A DNA stretch of 64,000 bases from NCBI GenBank assembly GCA_023213395.1, contig CM041465.1, forward strand, positions 211,551,741 through 211,615,740, given 5' to 3'. The DNA is from Cycas panzhihuaensis. Its lineage: Eukaryota; Plantae; Cycadophyta. The first letter of the stretch is position 1. Every line of letters begins with the position of its first letter. The notes under the pieces are model-generated. The model did no database searches and was not told the DNA's origin. It saw only the letters and a list, made by a program, of their open reading frames with translations. This document shows, piece by piece, positions 27,190 through 39,589 of the stretch. The position numbers and the translations under genes are program-made.

Positions 27190-27910
27190 GCCTACCCAAA
27201 AGGACTGGGTTCTTAACTCTGAAAGGTCAATATTTACACATCTTGCCCAAAGGGATGGGTACCTAATCGCCATGAATCTACCTAAAAGGACTAGGTATCA
27301 AACATCTCTAAAAACCTACTTAAAAGGTCTGGGTATCTAACACCAAAATATTACTACTTTTACCTTTTGCCTAAAAGGACTAGGTACCTAACATCGTCAA
27401 ACAACTACCTAGCACCCAAAAATTGGATGAGACTTCACTACCATATAACATGCCCACAAACTGGATGAGACTTCACCATCAAACACCCACGAACTGGATG
27501 GGACCCTATTATATAACTAGTCATAGTTTATCTCTCTTTAACCACGTATCAAAGGGCAATATTTTTGCTAATGCAAAAAGGATGAATTGTCATAGTTTAT
27601 TGGCTCATTAACATATGGATTTTCAGAGCAAGCCCATTATAGTTTAGCCTTATTAATGGGGTGAGGGCTTTTAAAGGTTAATTATCTTAGTTTATCCTTG
27701 TTAACAATCAAATTTAGAGGGTTTCTTGTCATAGTTTAGGTTCATTAACAGGTAAAAGAGTCTCAAAGCATCAATCTTATCATAGTTTTAGCTCGTTAAT
27801 AGGTGAATAAAGGTCTAGAGCATTGGTTTGTCATAGTTTAGGCTTATTAACAAGTAAATAGAAATTTGGAGCTAAGTTCCTATCATAGTTTAAACTTATT
27901 AACAGGCAGA
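27190..27910. repeat. Three consecutive degenerate tandem arrays in the Tat-B 3' UTR
   Basis: ~5x CC(C/T)AAAAGGACT(G/A)GGTA(T/C)CTAAC (27190-27395), 3x CCCACAAACTGGATGAGAC (27412-27505), ~8x TCATAGTTTAG..TTAACA (27520-27910). Confidence 0.85.
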
Positions 27911-28382
27911 AGAAGGCTTAGAGTATTGTTCCTTTGGAGATAAACATCAAAAATTAATATGTAGGGTAGAATATAGGTCATAGATCATATCTCTAAAGGG
28001 AAAATGAGCTCCACTGATCATAATCATATATCAAAATAATAATTGACCTTTATCAAAGTAATCATATATAGTTTTCAACATTCATAGATGATTTTAGTAA
28101 GAACAATAGTTAGAAAGGAATATATTTTGCTTTGATAGATCCCATGGGTACTAAGAAAAATTGTGCCAAGGAAATCTAAGGAAAACCCCTCCTTATATGT
28201 AAGAAAATGGATGAAAAGAGATTTCATTTTTACGTGAAGGAGGAGGAAAAAACGAGATGCCTAGAGGTTATTCTCTAAGATTCCAGAGTGATTAGGAGCT
28301 CTTTCTAATGAGGGATTGGCCCTAAAAGGATCTTCATTAGTACGATGGAGCAAAGAGCTAGATACCGGGTGAGTTAGTAATA

Positions 28383-28384
<2 letters not shown>

Positions 28385-28465
<81 letters not shown>
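28385..28465. repeat. (TA)n microsatellite, ~40 units
   Basis: Directly visible. Confidence 0.98.
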
Positions 28466-28467
<2 letters not shown>

Positions 28468-28778
28468 TAATCTTTTAAATAAAAAATAGAGTGACACAAT
28501 GTAAAAACCATGATCACTATATTAAAAATATAAAATAAATGAAAAATATAATTAATCAATAAAAAACTTAACTTTAGCATTTAGGACTATCAGAAGAAGT
28601 CATGTTTTTAACTGTAAAGTCATATTTTTTACATGTGAAATCATATTTTTAGTCATCTATCCACACTTTTGAACCTTTAATCAATCAAACTTCAAAAATA
28701 AAGTTTTTTTTTTTTAATTGAAACAACAAACTAACACACTCTAAATGATGTAATATAGGGCCTAGAGAGAGTGTAAAC

Positions 28779-30560
28779 ATGGGAAAATAAGGGGATGGCC
28801 ATCAGAAAGCTCTTGAGTCAACTAGACAAGGTAGGATAGGGGATTTTGAGGGCATGTGGCCTCTCACAGGTGAGTGCATCCATCTAGCTCATCATGGACC
28901 ATGAAATATTGCATGATTTCATTAGTTGTTGGGTCCTAGGACACAACACATTTAGAGTATGAGTTATTAGAGATCTTCAGATCACTCAGAGAGATGTAGG
29001 AAGGATCTTGGGGGTTAGTTAGCATGAAGAGAGTGTTAGACTTATCAGAGTAATAAACAAGGAGTCTCATATGGCTTGTAGTAAGTACCTGATAGGATTC
29101 ACAGATTAGATAGACCAATATAGGATCTCAGTGGAGGTTATTAGGACAATAGAAGGGATCTTAGTAGTATGGAGGATCATTACAATGATCATCATTTATA
29201 GGATAGCCACCAGAACTGAAAACTTTATAGGGAGTGGATAGGAGTAGTGAGGAGGTACAGAGGTGAGGAGGTGTGAGTAGAGGACTCAAATCAATTGGGG
29301 TCAATACATAGTTGATAGCATTAGTCACCAGTTATACAAGATCAAGAGGATGGGGAGGGGTAAATTTTCATACAACTCTATACTAATATGCTAGTTGTAT
29401 AATCATGTTTTACTTATAAGACTAGGAGGTGAGCCAAGAGAGCTAATAATGATGGACCCAGGGATGAATAGGTGGTATATAAGGTCATGGATCTACCAAA
29501 GGTTAGCTATCATGGTGAGGAGTACTCACAGCCCTCTCCTTAGTAGGATGATGAGGAAGCAGCTCATAGAGGATGCTTATGTAGGGATGTCAGTCTAGAG
29601 TGATGACGAGATGGATGTCGTGGAGAGGGCAGTAGTAGAGGAGGCTCCCACAACTAGGCAAGGGAGAGGGAGAGGACAAGATGATAGAAGACATGGCAAG
29701 AGAGGTGGTAAGAAGGCAGGACAAGGAGGTAGGGGAGGGAGGTACCTCATCTAGTGGTAGAGTAGGAGGGAGTCACTAAGTACTTAGGAGAGGAGGTGGA
29801 GCACATGTGGAGGGGATAGAAGGCTCCATTTAGAGCATGTAGCTAGGATCAATAGATGGTAAGGGCAGAGATGGAGGGGGCAGAGCCACTCAATATGTTC
29901 CTTACGCACTACATGGAGGAGAGGTACCACCAATAGAGGAGATGATAGGAGCAGAGCTAGTAGGAGGAGGAGGATCACTAGGTATGTTGCTTAGTTGAAT
30001 TATTTCTTGTATTATGTTATACTTTTATTTTGTGAGAGATTTATATTCTAGGGAACTAATCATAAGTTACATGTTTTCCTTGGGAAGGTGATGAGATGAT
30101 GACTTTGAGAGAGGTTCATAGGACTCTAGAGGTGATTTTCTTATACATTCTAGCATCAGAAAAGTTTCTAGCATGGAATGTAGTTGATCACAGACTGTTG
30201 GGATGTCATATTAAGTATTTTATCCATGCACTTTAAGCTCGAGATATTTACATAGACACAAGGGCAGAACTAAGGACACAAGAGCTAGAGCTCAAGGTAG
30301 ATGAGGACGAGAGATGACACCTATAGAGGATGATATTGGCTTAGGTAGAGGCCATATATACTCCATCAGCAAGTGCTATAGTCTAGTAGGGATGATACCA
30401 CCTCCCACCTCATGGAGATTCCACACACGGGGAGACTTCAGGCACAAGGGAGAGAGTAGGTCTAAATGTTCTAGAAGGATCTCATCAGGGGTCACAGAGA
30501 TGAATGTATCATGTATTATATAAGGAGATAGGAGGGTGATGAGAGGCATTTTGTGAGCCT
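28779..30560 (+). pseudogene. Antisense PMD-like gene remnant in Tat-B, followed by acidic and RG-rich segments
   Basis: 28900-29020 reads HEILHDFISCWVLGHNTFRV*VIRDLQITQRDVGRILGV (W...TF....LxITxxDVxxILG pattern). Later come DDEMDVVE..EE and GRGRG..GKRGGKKAGQGGRGGR (29600-29745). Ends are approximate. Confidence 0.62.
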
Positions 30561-31434
30561 CCTGTATATATCATGAGTCACCTAGGTGATAGATGTTCTA
30601 TATTTTTGTTATCATATATATATTGATAATTTTCTTCTAAAATTTATGTATGAATTATCTCTAAATCCTTTTCCCCCCTTATTCCTATTTTAAACTAAGT
30701 ATAAGATACATTCATTTGATTAGTTGTCTAAAGAAACATGCAATAAATTTTGTCAATTTTTTTTTCTTTTATAGTTATATACTTTTTTTAATTTTTGTCA
30801 TGCTATATACATGACAATTTATATTCATTTTAGAGTAGATGGTTTAGGAAATAAATAGATTATGAGGAATTATGAAGAAAAGAAAATGAACAAAAGATGA
30901 AAGGGAGTAGGTGAAAGGTTTACTTATTATATTTTTATAAACTTAAAACCATAAAAAACCAATAGTAAAAAGTTTATAAAAGCAGAAGATGGAGTGACAT
31001 GAATATCCAAAAGAAAGCTTATATAACTCACATCATACTCCTGATAGATTATATAAACATAGTATATATCCCACATTTACATAATATATCATAAAGAAAA
31101 TGAGTTATTTACCAAATGAAACTAATCTCACTTGGTAAGTAACTAGTTATCTGAGTATACTGGATTCCTCTTTAGCTCCTTCCAGGGACAAGAGGCTTTT
31201 AGAGACTTGCCTTCTCCTAAGATCCTCTATGACCTAAGATTCCCATATGGGTCTATCCCTTTCAAACACTTTATTTCAATATCATACTCATCATCCTAAT
31301 CTCCAAATTACTCAAATCTATATTTTCCCAAACTAATAGTTTATACTCATCATGGAGTGGTAGTTTATACTCATTCCAAAGTGGTAGTTTATACTCATTT
31401 TGAAGTGAGGTGCCCCTAGCTAAGAAGAGGAAAA

Positions 31435-31836
31435 TTAAGTGAAATAATCATCAAGGATTGGGGAAACGAGAGTGTCAACCTCAAAGTTAAAGGAACAAGG
31501 TATATGCTAAATGGTAATCGAAGCAAATAGGGATAACAATGATAAAGCCTGATGATGCAAGAGGAGTCATAGGGAATGAACATGACACATCCCAACCAAT
31601 TGATAAGCTATGACCTAAGAGTCAACATATATAGTAATAGGTCCAAGGTAAACATGAGAAACATTTGACAAGGCTCCTATAATAACAAGCTATTTAGCTT
31701 CATTATTAGTCACACTAGGTATGAAAGATCCCATAGAAAGGAGGGGACTTCCTGATTAGTCATAAATCACCCAAGTATAAGCAGATGGTCCTGGGTTTCC
31801 CCTACTACCTCCATTAGTAAAAATACTCAATGCCAT
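31435..31836 (-). pseudogene. Stand-alone archaeal-type RNase H (aRH) domain in Tat-B
   Basis: In-frame reading MALSIFTNGGSRGNPGPSAYTWVIYD*SG...VTNNEAK*LVIIGAL...IYVDS*VIAYQLVG...F.SITI*HIPCSFNFEVDTL. All RNase HI motif blocks are in order; most of the stops are compatible with C>T decay. Confidence 0.9.
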
Positions 31837-32829
31837 GGGAGAAATAGGATCAAAGTTTAGAGACGATGTGATCGATAGAGGAAGATGCAAGAATCAATCG
31901 ATAAGGAGATGGTAATAAATGTAGATCTCTGTCTATGGTGAAGAAAAAGAAGAAGTGTAAGTAAGATAATTATGATAAAAAATAATCAGGTGTCAAGCAT
32001 GGTTCAATCATCACTGAGGCCATGATGGACCCAAGTAGTTAGATCTAAAAATCCTAAATGACTCATCCAAATGAACCCAACCTATAGATAGATATATGGG
32101 GATGAAGCCATCACACAACTTGCTCTAGATTGTAAGAGGATGATAATAATAAACTTCCTTTCACTTCTGTTTACTTTACTTTACTTCTTTTCTTTTTTTC
32201 TTTACTTCCACTTCCACTTTTTTATGAGAAAAAGATCATAATCATCCACTTACAAAACTCTTTTACTTAACATAATAAGGTTTGATCCCTTTTAATAGAG
32301 TCTAAAATAAAAGACCAACCTCCTTAAGTATCGAAGTGTGGAGAAAGAGGAGATCAAAATTACAATGTCTCCAAAGGTAAAGGGAAGGTAGTAGAATAGG
32401 CATCTGCTCTAAAGGATTAATAGAGAGAATCGAGGATAATGAAAACAATAAAAAATAACTAATGATATATGACCAAAAAAGGAAACCCCTAGGTAATAAG
32501 CTAGTAAATAAAAGCATGATCTAAGTCAATGACTAAGTAATCAAAGTTGATGAAGACATTTCTCTTTCCAAGATGAAAATAAAACAATGTTGGGGGCTTA
32601 AGTTCTCTTTTGGGTATAGAACCCAAAAGAGAAAGAGATCCAAATATGGTGATGGAAAGCTCACAATCAGTGTAGATGCTAGAAAGAGCAAAAATACTTA
32701 CATGATTATGAGTAGGATTTATCATCAAAGCACAACAATGCTCAGTAAAATCAAGAAGAAATTAGAAAGAAGGGGAGTTTGCCCATAGTTTTAGTTTATT
32801 AGGAAAATGAGGAAGCTTTAGAGCCATAG

Positions 32830-34600
32830 TTTATCCTCATTGTGGAGGGTACATATCTTTACAGTCCCATATAAAAATTGAGTGGAACTTATAAAAGAGA
32901 TCCCTAAACTGAGTAATCCCTTAGGAAGTACAACTAGCTCCTAACTTGATAATTCTAGGAATATCCTCTATCTCCAAATCTATATCAATTGTTTGTTCTA
33001 TAAGCATTACATTCCCTTCCTTAAAATGGGAAGGGGTAAGCTTTATTGAAGAAATAGGCTCCTGGGGCTAAGAATAATTAAGTATAACTTTTGAGAAACC
33101 CAACTTATGATCTCTATCAGGGAAACTAGGAGATGAACCTGCTAGATACTCCACGATCACTTGGTCATTTTCAAAATGATCCAAATAGAAGAGATTGACG
33201 AGGAGATGATTCTTAGATTGAAAAGTAGATAGAAGGGGAGGTATGAAAGGTGAAAGAGGACCAACCAAAGAGTTTGAATAAGTGGAAACAAACTCCATGA
33301 TTGAAGAAATATGAGAAAAGTAAATGGGCCTATTGATAAACTCCTAGATTGAAGAAAAAACTTGATTAAACTCTTAATGATTCACATCACAATCACAGTC
33401 AAACCAAGATATTAGTATGAGTGAAGATGGAGAAGGATCCATATAAGAACGTGTATAAAGAGAGACAGTGGAGATAGAATTAACTTCATGTTCTGTAGTG
33501 GACATATCGTAATTGTTTTGACCTGTATCAAGTGAATCAATATCTTCACCCCCTAATTCTAGGTCTGGATGTCAATGTAATATTATCTTCCTCTCATGTA
33601 TATTCAACCATATCTTAAAGAAAGAGGAGTGGGAGAAAAATAGAGGAGTATCAAAATATGAATCATGCACAACCAAGGTTGAAGAAGTAGTAACTGAATG
33701 AGTGGTAACAGGAGGAACAACTAAATTTACCCTTGAGGGCAACCATAAAACCTATGAGAAACAAACCTAAATGGAAGGGAAGGTACTTGTGTAATGAGAA
33801 GCCACTTCTTCATCACAAATGGAAGAAGAAGAAACAAAAGAGCAATCGGTCGAGTATGAAGGAATAAGAGTAAATAGGGAGCCTTTTGATGAAGGAACAA
33901 CTTCAACTAAATCCACATCCTTCACTTCTAGTTGGGTACAAGGGGCTTCAATAGCAAAGAATTAACCTAGACCAAGTGATTGAAATAAATACTCAACAAA
34001 ATTGGAGGATTCACTAGGTTCTGGAAAAGTCTTGATAAGAAGAACTAATTGCTTAATGGGTTTGGGCTTTTGCTTAATAATCTTCAATTATCCCTTGTGG
34101 GTAAACCTAAGTTCACCAAAGAGGGAGGATTAAACTATTGCTATTTGGGTGATCCATGGTCTATCGAAAAGTATGTTATACTTTAAGTCTAGATCGATAA
34201 TGGTAAGCTCAATAAGAACTATCTTTTCTTCTAACATGAGAGGAAGAGTGACTTAACCCAAGGGCACCTTCTTATTCTTATCATACCCTTGGCAAATCTA
34301 CTCGTATAAATAAAAAAAAAAAAATCTCCAAATACTTAACAAAATAAGGAGGGATTACATTGATGGATGATCCCTCATCAATAATAACCTGCTTGATATT
34401 GATATCGTTCTTCACAATCTCGATATAAAATGGGGGTATGTCATTTGGTGCATGGGTGCAATGACTAGATAAAGTAGTAAGGTCAAAAGAAAGTGTGGCA
34501 GAGGGTAAAGAAACTACTGCAGGAACTCCCAATACATCAAATAGAAGTTGATGTTGCTCAAGGAAATACTTCAGCAAATTAATAACCGATATGCCTACCG
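32830..34600 (-). pseudogene. Tat-B protease and spacer, ending just before RT
   Basis: PPFYIEIVKNDINIKQVIIDEGSSINVIP (34281..34577) and YNILFDRPW; ends at FIWDCKDM (~32850), the pre-RT FAWxYxDM motif. Confidence 0.8.
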
Positions 34601-35299
34601 GAATGGTTATTAATTCTTCTACTAAGGTGAAAGATCCATCCTTGAAACTAGAGGGAATGGACCTAAACCTGATGGGATGGGGGAGTACTAGAGGTAAAGA
34701 GTATGATTCTTTATTATAAAATCATCAAGTGATTTAGATGGGCTTACACTCTTTGTAGTCTCCATTATGTTTATAGTTCTCTTGGTATCCCTACCTTTAG
34801 GAGGTGGACATGATTAATTGTTAGTTATTTTTGTTGGGGCACTCATGGGAGGGGTAGTCTTCTTTGATGAATTAGAACTTGAAGGTTTACCTTCATCATC
34901 TTGGACTTGCTTTTCTTTACCTTCATCATCTCTACTTGTCTTTTCATTATGTTGAGGCAAGGGATCCTTATGGATCATTTGGTCTTGAGATGACTCATAA
35001 GACCAGTTTGTTTAGACACATATGTTTTGAGTTGTATTTTGAACTATTCAGCACTCACTTCTATCATATGCATCTATTTGATAGTATGAGCACCATTTTA
35101 TCTTTCTAAAAAGAGGAGGAGGTGGGGGAGGAGTTTGTTTCTTCTTCCACCTTAGTGAGGTAAATAAATTTGGTCTCTTAGCAAGGATGACTTTAAGAAG
35201 GAGCATCAATATGTAATTTAGTATTAATTATATGTTCTAATGATCTAATTGAAGAAGTCATATGATCATAAGTGGGTTCAGGATGGGAAGCCTTTTTAG

Positions 35300-37106
35300 T
35301 TTGAATTGTTTCCTTAGAAGGCATAGGTTTCCCAACCATCTTAATACCTGCTTAAATTTTAAATGCTTTTAGGGATAAATAACGATCAACCACTTCTTCA
35401 TATATTTGAGGGCCTAGTTTTAGAACTTCTAAGTGTACATAGGGCCTCAATGCATTAGTAAATAGATTGAATAGTAAACTAGGATCAAGATGTGAGTAAT
35501 AAGCATGTACCTAGTCTTAAAATCTCCTAACAAAATCCCTTAATGTCTCATCATAGTTCTATTTAGTAGCCAACAAAGATTTAATGCCTGATTCAAATGG
35601 TCTTGCTACATCAAAATAGTTGATAAAGGAGTCAACTAGTTGTTGGAATAAGAGAATGGAAGCAAAGAGGAGATGGTAAAACCATTTCAAAGCATCACCT
35701 TGAAGTGATTTAAGAAACAAGTGCATTATGACATAATTGTATGGCATGAAATCTGTATAAGCAAGTGAAAATGTCTATATATGGGAGGTGAGGTCCTAAG
35801 AAGAGTCACTAGAAAATTTAGACAACTCAAAAAGGAATGGAGGTATGGGAGACAATAAGACCTCATGCGAAAAGAGAGACTTCATATAATTAAAGAAGGG
35901 TCTTTTGGGCCTCAACATAGTAGGACGTTGAGGTAAGGATGATGGATGAAGAATAGATGAATGAATAGGTTGTTCTAGTTGTGGTTGCTATTGTGAAATG
36001 TCATGAGATGGAAAAGTAGAAGGAGGATTAAACCATATTGTGGGGTTAACTATAGAGTTGGTTTAAGGTATAATGTATTGAGAGAAACTTGAATTGAAAG
36101 TATAAAAAGGATTAGGTTATGGTGTAGGTCTAAGAATATATGAAGAAGAAGTAGGATTGGAAATCCTCAAAGCTTATGATTGACTCGTTGAAGCATGAGG
36201 ATGAGTGGAATAAATATGAGAAATATGTTGAGAGGAGGGAATCATGTTAGCTACTCTAGGAGATGGTAGGCAAGGTCTAACACCATGACACCAAATGGTA
36301 TGTGGTATGTGAGGAGGTAATTGGGTAGTAGAGGAGACAGGATGTGAAGAGGCAATCTTAGTAGAATAAGAACAAATCGGTTGTAAACTGCGTAAATCCA
36401 TAACCACTTGACTAGAAGTGGATACATACATGGTACTAGGGCTACCATGAGTAATAATGGTAGTAGTACCTCCATGAGTAGGGGGTATGGAATGAGGGGA
36501 ATGAATCTAAACTTATTGTCTAGGAGGAGATTGATGATGTTGCAAATGAGTTGATTTATGGTCTTGAACTTCCTCTAAAGATAGGGAATGGGATCACGAT
36601 ATAGGTCTTAATGAGAGAGGATAAGAAGGATGAGGAGATTGCATGGGACTAGATGGGGGCTCTGTCTCTATCAACTCATAATCCTCACCTAAGGAATCGA
36701 TCTAAAGAGGTTGTAGTAGGGATGTTATGATATGAGTCTCTGAGTAAAATGGGTCATGATAACTAGGCATGCGTAGTGGAGTAGGGATCCTAGTAAGAAC
36801 TAGCTCAGAAAAGGATGAATATGGTTGACCATAAGGTGGTTCTTCTTATGCTAAAGAAGGATCTACAAAAGAAGAATTTCCAGGGTATTGAGAGGGTTTA
36901 AGGTATCCTTGTTCCACTGGTATGTTATATAATTGAGTTGAATCTTTAGAAGGATAGATATAAGTGTCTTGTGCTTGAAGTTTAGAAGGTTTAACATAGG
37001 ATGATGAGACTTCTTGACTAAAGTATAAAGAGAACACTTGAGAATCGAGCAAAAAGCCTTGGAGCCTCAAGGAGTGCCTAGGAGCAGCTATCATAGTTTC
37101 CATCAC
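35300..37106 (-). pseudogene. Tat-B gag (Pro/Ser-rich N-terminus and retrotrans_gag domain)
   Basis: HLFLKSLQGDALKWFYHL...FQQLVDSFINYF (35559..35747). Confidence 0.85.
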
Positions 37107-37129
37107 TTTAAAAGAAAATAAATGGTAGC

Positions 37130-37147
37130 TTCCTAGTATGGTCCCCA
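37130..37147 (-). promoter_or_regulatory. Putative degenerate PBS of Tat-B (tRNA-Arg-type TGGCGAC..CTGGGGA family)
   Basis: rc TGGGGACCATACTAGGAA, 6 nt from the 5' LTR; a similar sequence lies next to the Tat-A 5' LTR. Confidence 0.5.
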
Positions 37148-37153
37148 GAAAGA

Positions 37154-39584
37154 TGGTGCATTCTTAGGAGAACCTAAACTAGATATCCCTTGATTGTTAA
37201 GGTATCATCTTTATTTCGATTAAAAGTGGGAGGTATAGAGTTTAAGAAGTCCTAAGGGACCACCTTTTCCCAACTCCTAAGAAGGAGTCTTCACCTAGTT
37301 ATGTCATCTAATAAAGTGCAAATGGAGGATGCGATAAAAGGTGTGGATGTGAAAGAGGGTAATAGAATCCACTAACCTACAAAATTGGGTGAGGGAGTTC
37401 TAAATTCAGAGTTACATTGATAGTATTTTCAATATCCTTTCTAGAGACTCCTTTCAAATAATCTTTTTAACCTTTCGAGTTCTACTAGGATGTAGGAAAG
37501 GGTAAGCAAATAGAAGAGTTGTTCTTTAATTTTCCTCCTTTTTCTTGTTTTATGTTCCATGTCTTCTCTTTACTTTAGTCCTTCTTTCAGTTTTATTTTC
37601 CTAATTTTCCTTTTCTTTTTCTTTTTCTTTTTTTGTTTATTTTTTATGCTTAACAAAGCAAAACAAAATGCATTAAAAGGGCTATTTTACTTCTAATTAA
37701 TAAACAAAGAAATGTTTCAACTAAATTTATACAAACTTTTAATGTCTTTTTTCCATTTTCTTTAAAGAAATGAAAGATACAAATACAAGTCTAAGACTAT
37801 CCTTCTACATATAAGATATGCACCTTATAATAAATGGAAATACATTTTTAAGAGATGCAATACACACAATATGATTGTTTGTGCAAGCCTTCTAAAGAAA
37901 TCAATAGCATGCAATGCTATGTGATAGATGTCACTTTACATGCATGCAACTAATTCTTTGAAAAAGATGATGTATGGTGTAAAAAAGAAGAGATTTGAAG
38001 AGGATGTTACTATTGCTTTTAATGAGTTTTTAGATTTATAAGATCACATGTAATCAACAAATCTAAACCATGACTTTCATACAAGATACTAGCTTTAAAG
38101 ACTCTATCACAGTTGGAGTAATAAAGACTCCAAAAGGATCCTTAAACCTTTAACAAACTAAAAAATTAGACAAGCATTTACTTTTCAACATTTTAAACTT
38201 TTTTTTTAAGAGAAAAAAAGTAAACTTAAGAGTGAAATCAAGTAAACCACAAGACTATGAAATTGAAGCTTCTTTCCTATTATAAATAAATACCTTAGAA
38301 TGATAATTTTCCTTCTAGTTGATTTATGTTTTTCCAATGCTTTCTCTTAAAACAAACCAAGGAAGAAAACCAACTAAACAAAAAGGCTAAACCATGGCCA
38401 AACAAAGCCAAAAAGTAGTGGAAAATTACTTGAATATAAACTATTGTAGAAGAATGGAAAAGGATAGCTAGATGAGTAGTGGAGAAATAACGATGCCCCA
38501 CCCTAGTCTAGCCCTTAAGGAACCCCATAAAGACTGACTTTTTAGCAAGTCATTTAAGGCCTTAAATGAATACAAGATCAATACAATAATGAACTAAATA
38601 AAAGAGTAATTTATGAGTAAAATCCATCTTCAAAATACTGTGAAATGAAGTAGAAACTTAATAGGAAAGACCTTACCCAATTAGAAGAAGTTTAAAGCAT
38701 GAAACTTTAATAAAAGTCTATAAAATTAAAGCTTAGACCATCAACATTTGAATATCAATAAGTCATGAAGTCACACCATTAAAAATCCTCTATAATTTCA
38801 CTCACAAGTCTCTTCAAAATCTAAATTTTAATCACAACACTGATAGTCTTCAAAATCTCCAAGAAAACTCAAAAAATCCACTACAAACTTGAGCAAATCA
38901 CTACTAACTCATTAACAATGAATCACAAAACCTTAAACATCATTCCTGGGCATCAAAGAGATCAGATTCCACCAAATCTAAGTAGTGACATATAAAATTT
39001 TGGTATGCTAGCTGAGTTTTGCATGCATGACAGTAAAAGATGTGACCAATCACATTTTTAGACCTACAAAAATGTAACTTTATACTAAAAATATGACTAG
39101 TCATATTTTTAGCAGGGCAAAAAAATTGACAAATATGGAGGTAAACAATTTACCCAAAAAAGTCAAAATTTAATATTTAAACATAAAATAAAGCAAAAAT
39201 AACTTTATAAATGAATAAATAGGCCTGAAACAAGGTGAAAATGCTAAATACAAGTCCAAAAATAATAAAAAAATAATAAAGATGGGTGAAATCAAAGACA
39301 ACGTAAAAATAATAGGTTTTAAAGGAAGCATTAGGTTAAATTAATTATGAAGAAAAACTTTAGTGTCATAGTCTCAATTATCAACAGGTGATGATAAAAA
39401 TACAAGTCACGTCATCATTCATCATAAATCATTAAACCAAATTCATACATCTCTTCATCAAAATATGGCCTAATTCATAATCAAACAAATATGTCTTTGA
39501 TTTTCTATGAAACCATACAACAAACATGTTAAAACTCACAACTACAAATTAAATATCAATCAAGGGCCAGGTTTTGGTGAAACA
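37154..39584 (-). repeat. Tat-B 5' LTR
   Basis: Direct repeat of 24546..26990. Confidence 0.95.
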
Positions 39585-39589
39585 ATGAG

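Larger units (their letters stand above)
24546..39584 (-). mobile_element. Tat-B: non-autonomous Tat-clade gypsy element (gag and protease, no RT/RH/INT) with aRH and PMD cargo, inserted in the Copia-3 gag
   Basis: LTRs TG..CA at 24546..26990 and 37154..39584 (~12-13% mismatch sampled). Perfect TSD ATGAG at 24541-24545 / 39585-39589. PPT (rc AAGGGGGTAAG) 26991-27001. Confidence 0.93.

Noticed and set aside
27190-27910. CRISPR-like conserved repeats with variable spacers
   Set aside because: Eukaryotic retrotransposon 3' UTR; repeats are degenerate and irregularly spaced, and there are no cas genes
32302-32728. Hydrophobic ORFs as an env-like gene
   Set aside because: Hydrophobicity is expected from T-rich decayed sequence, and no env feature can be identified
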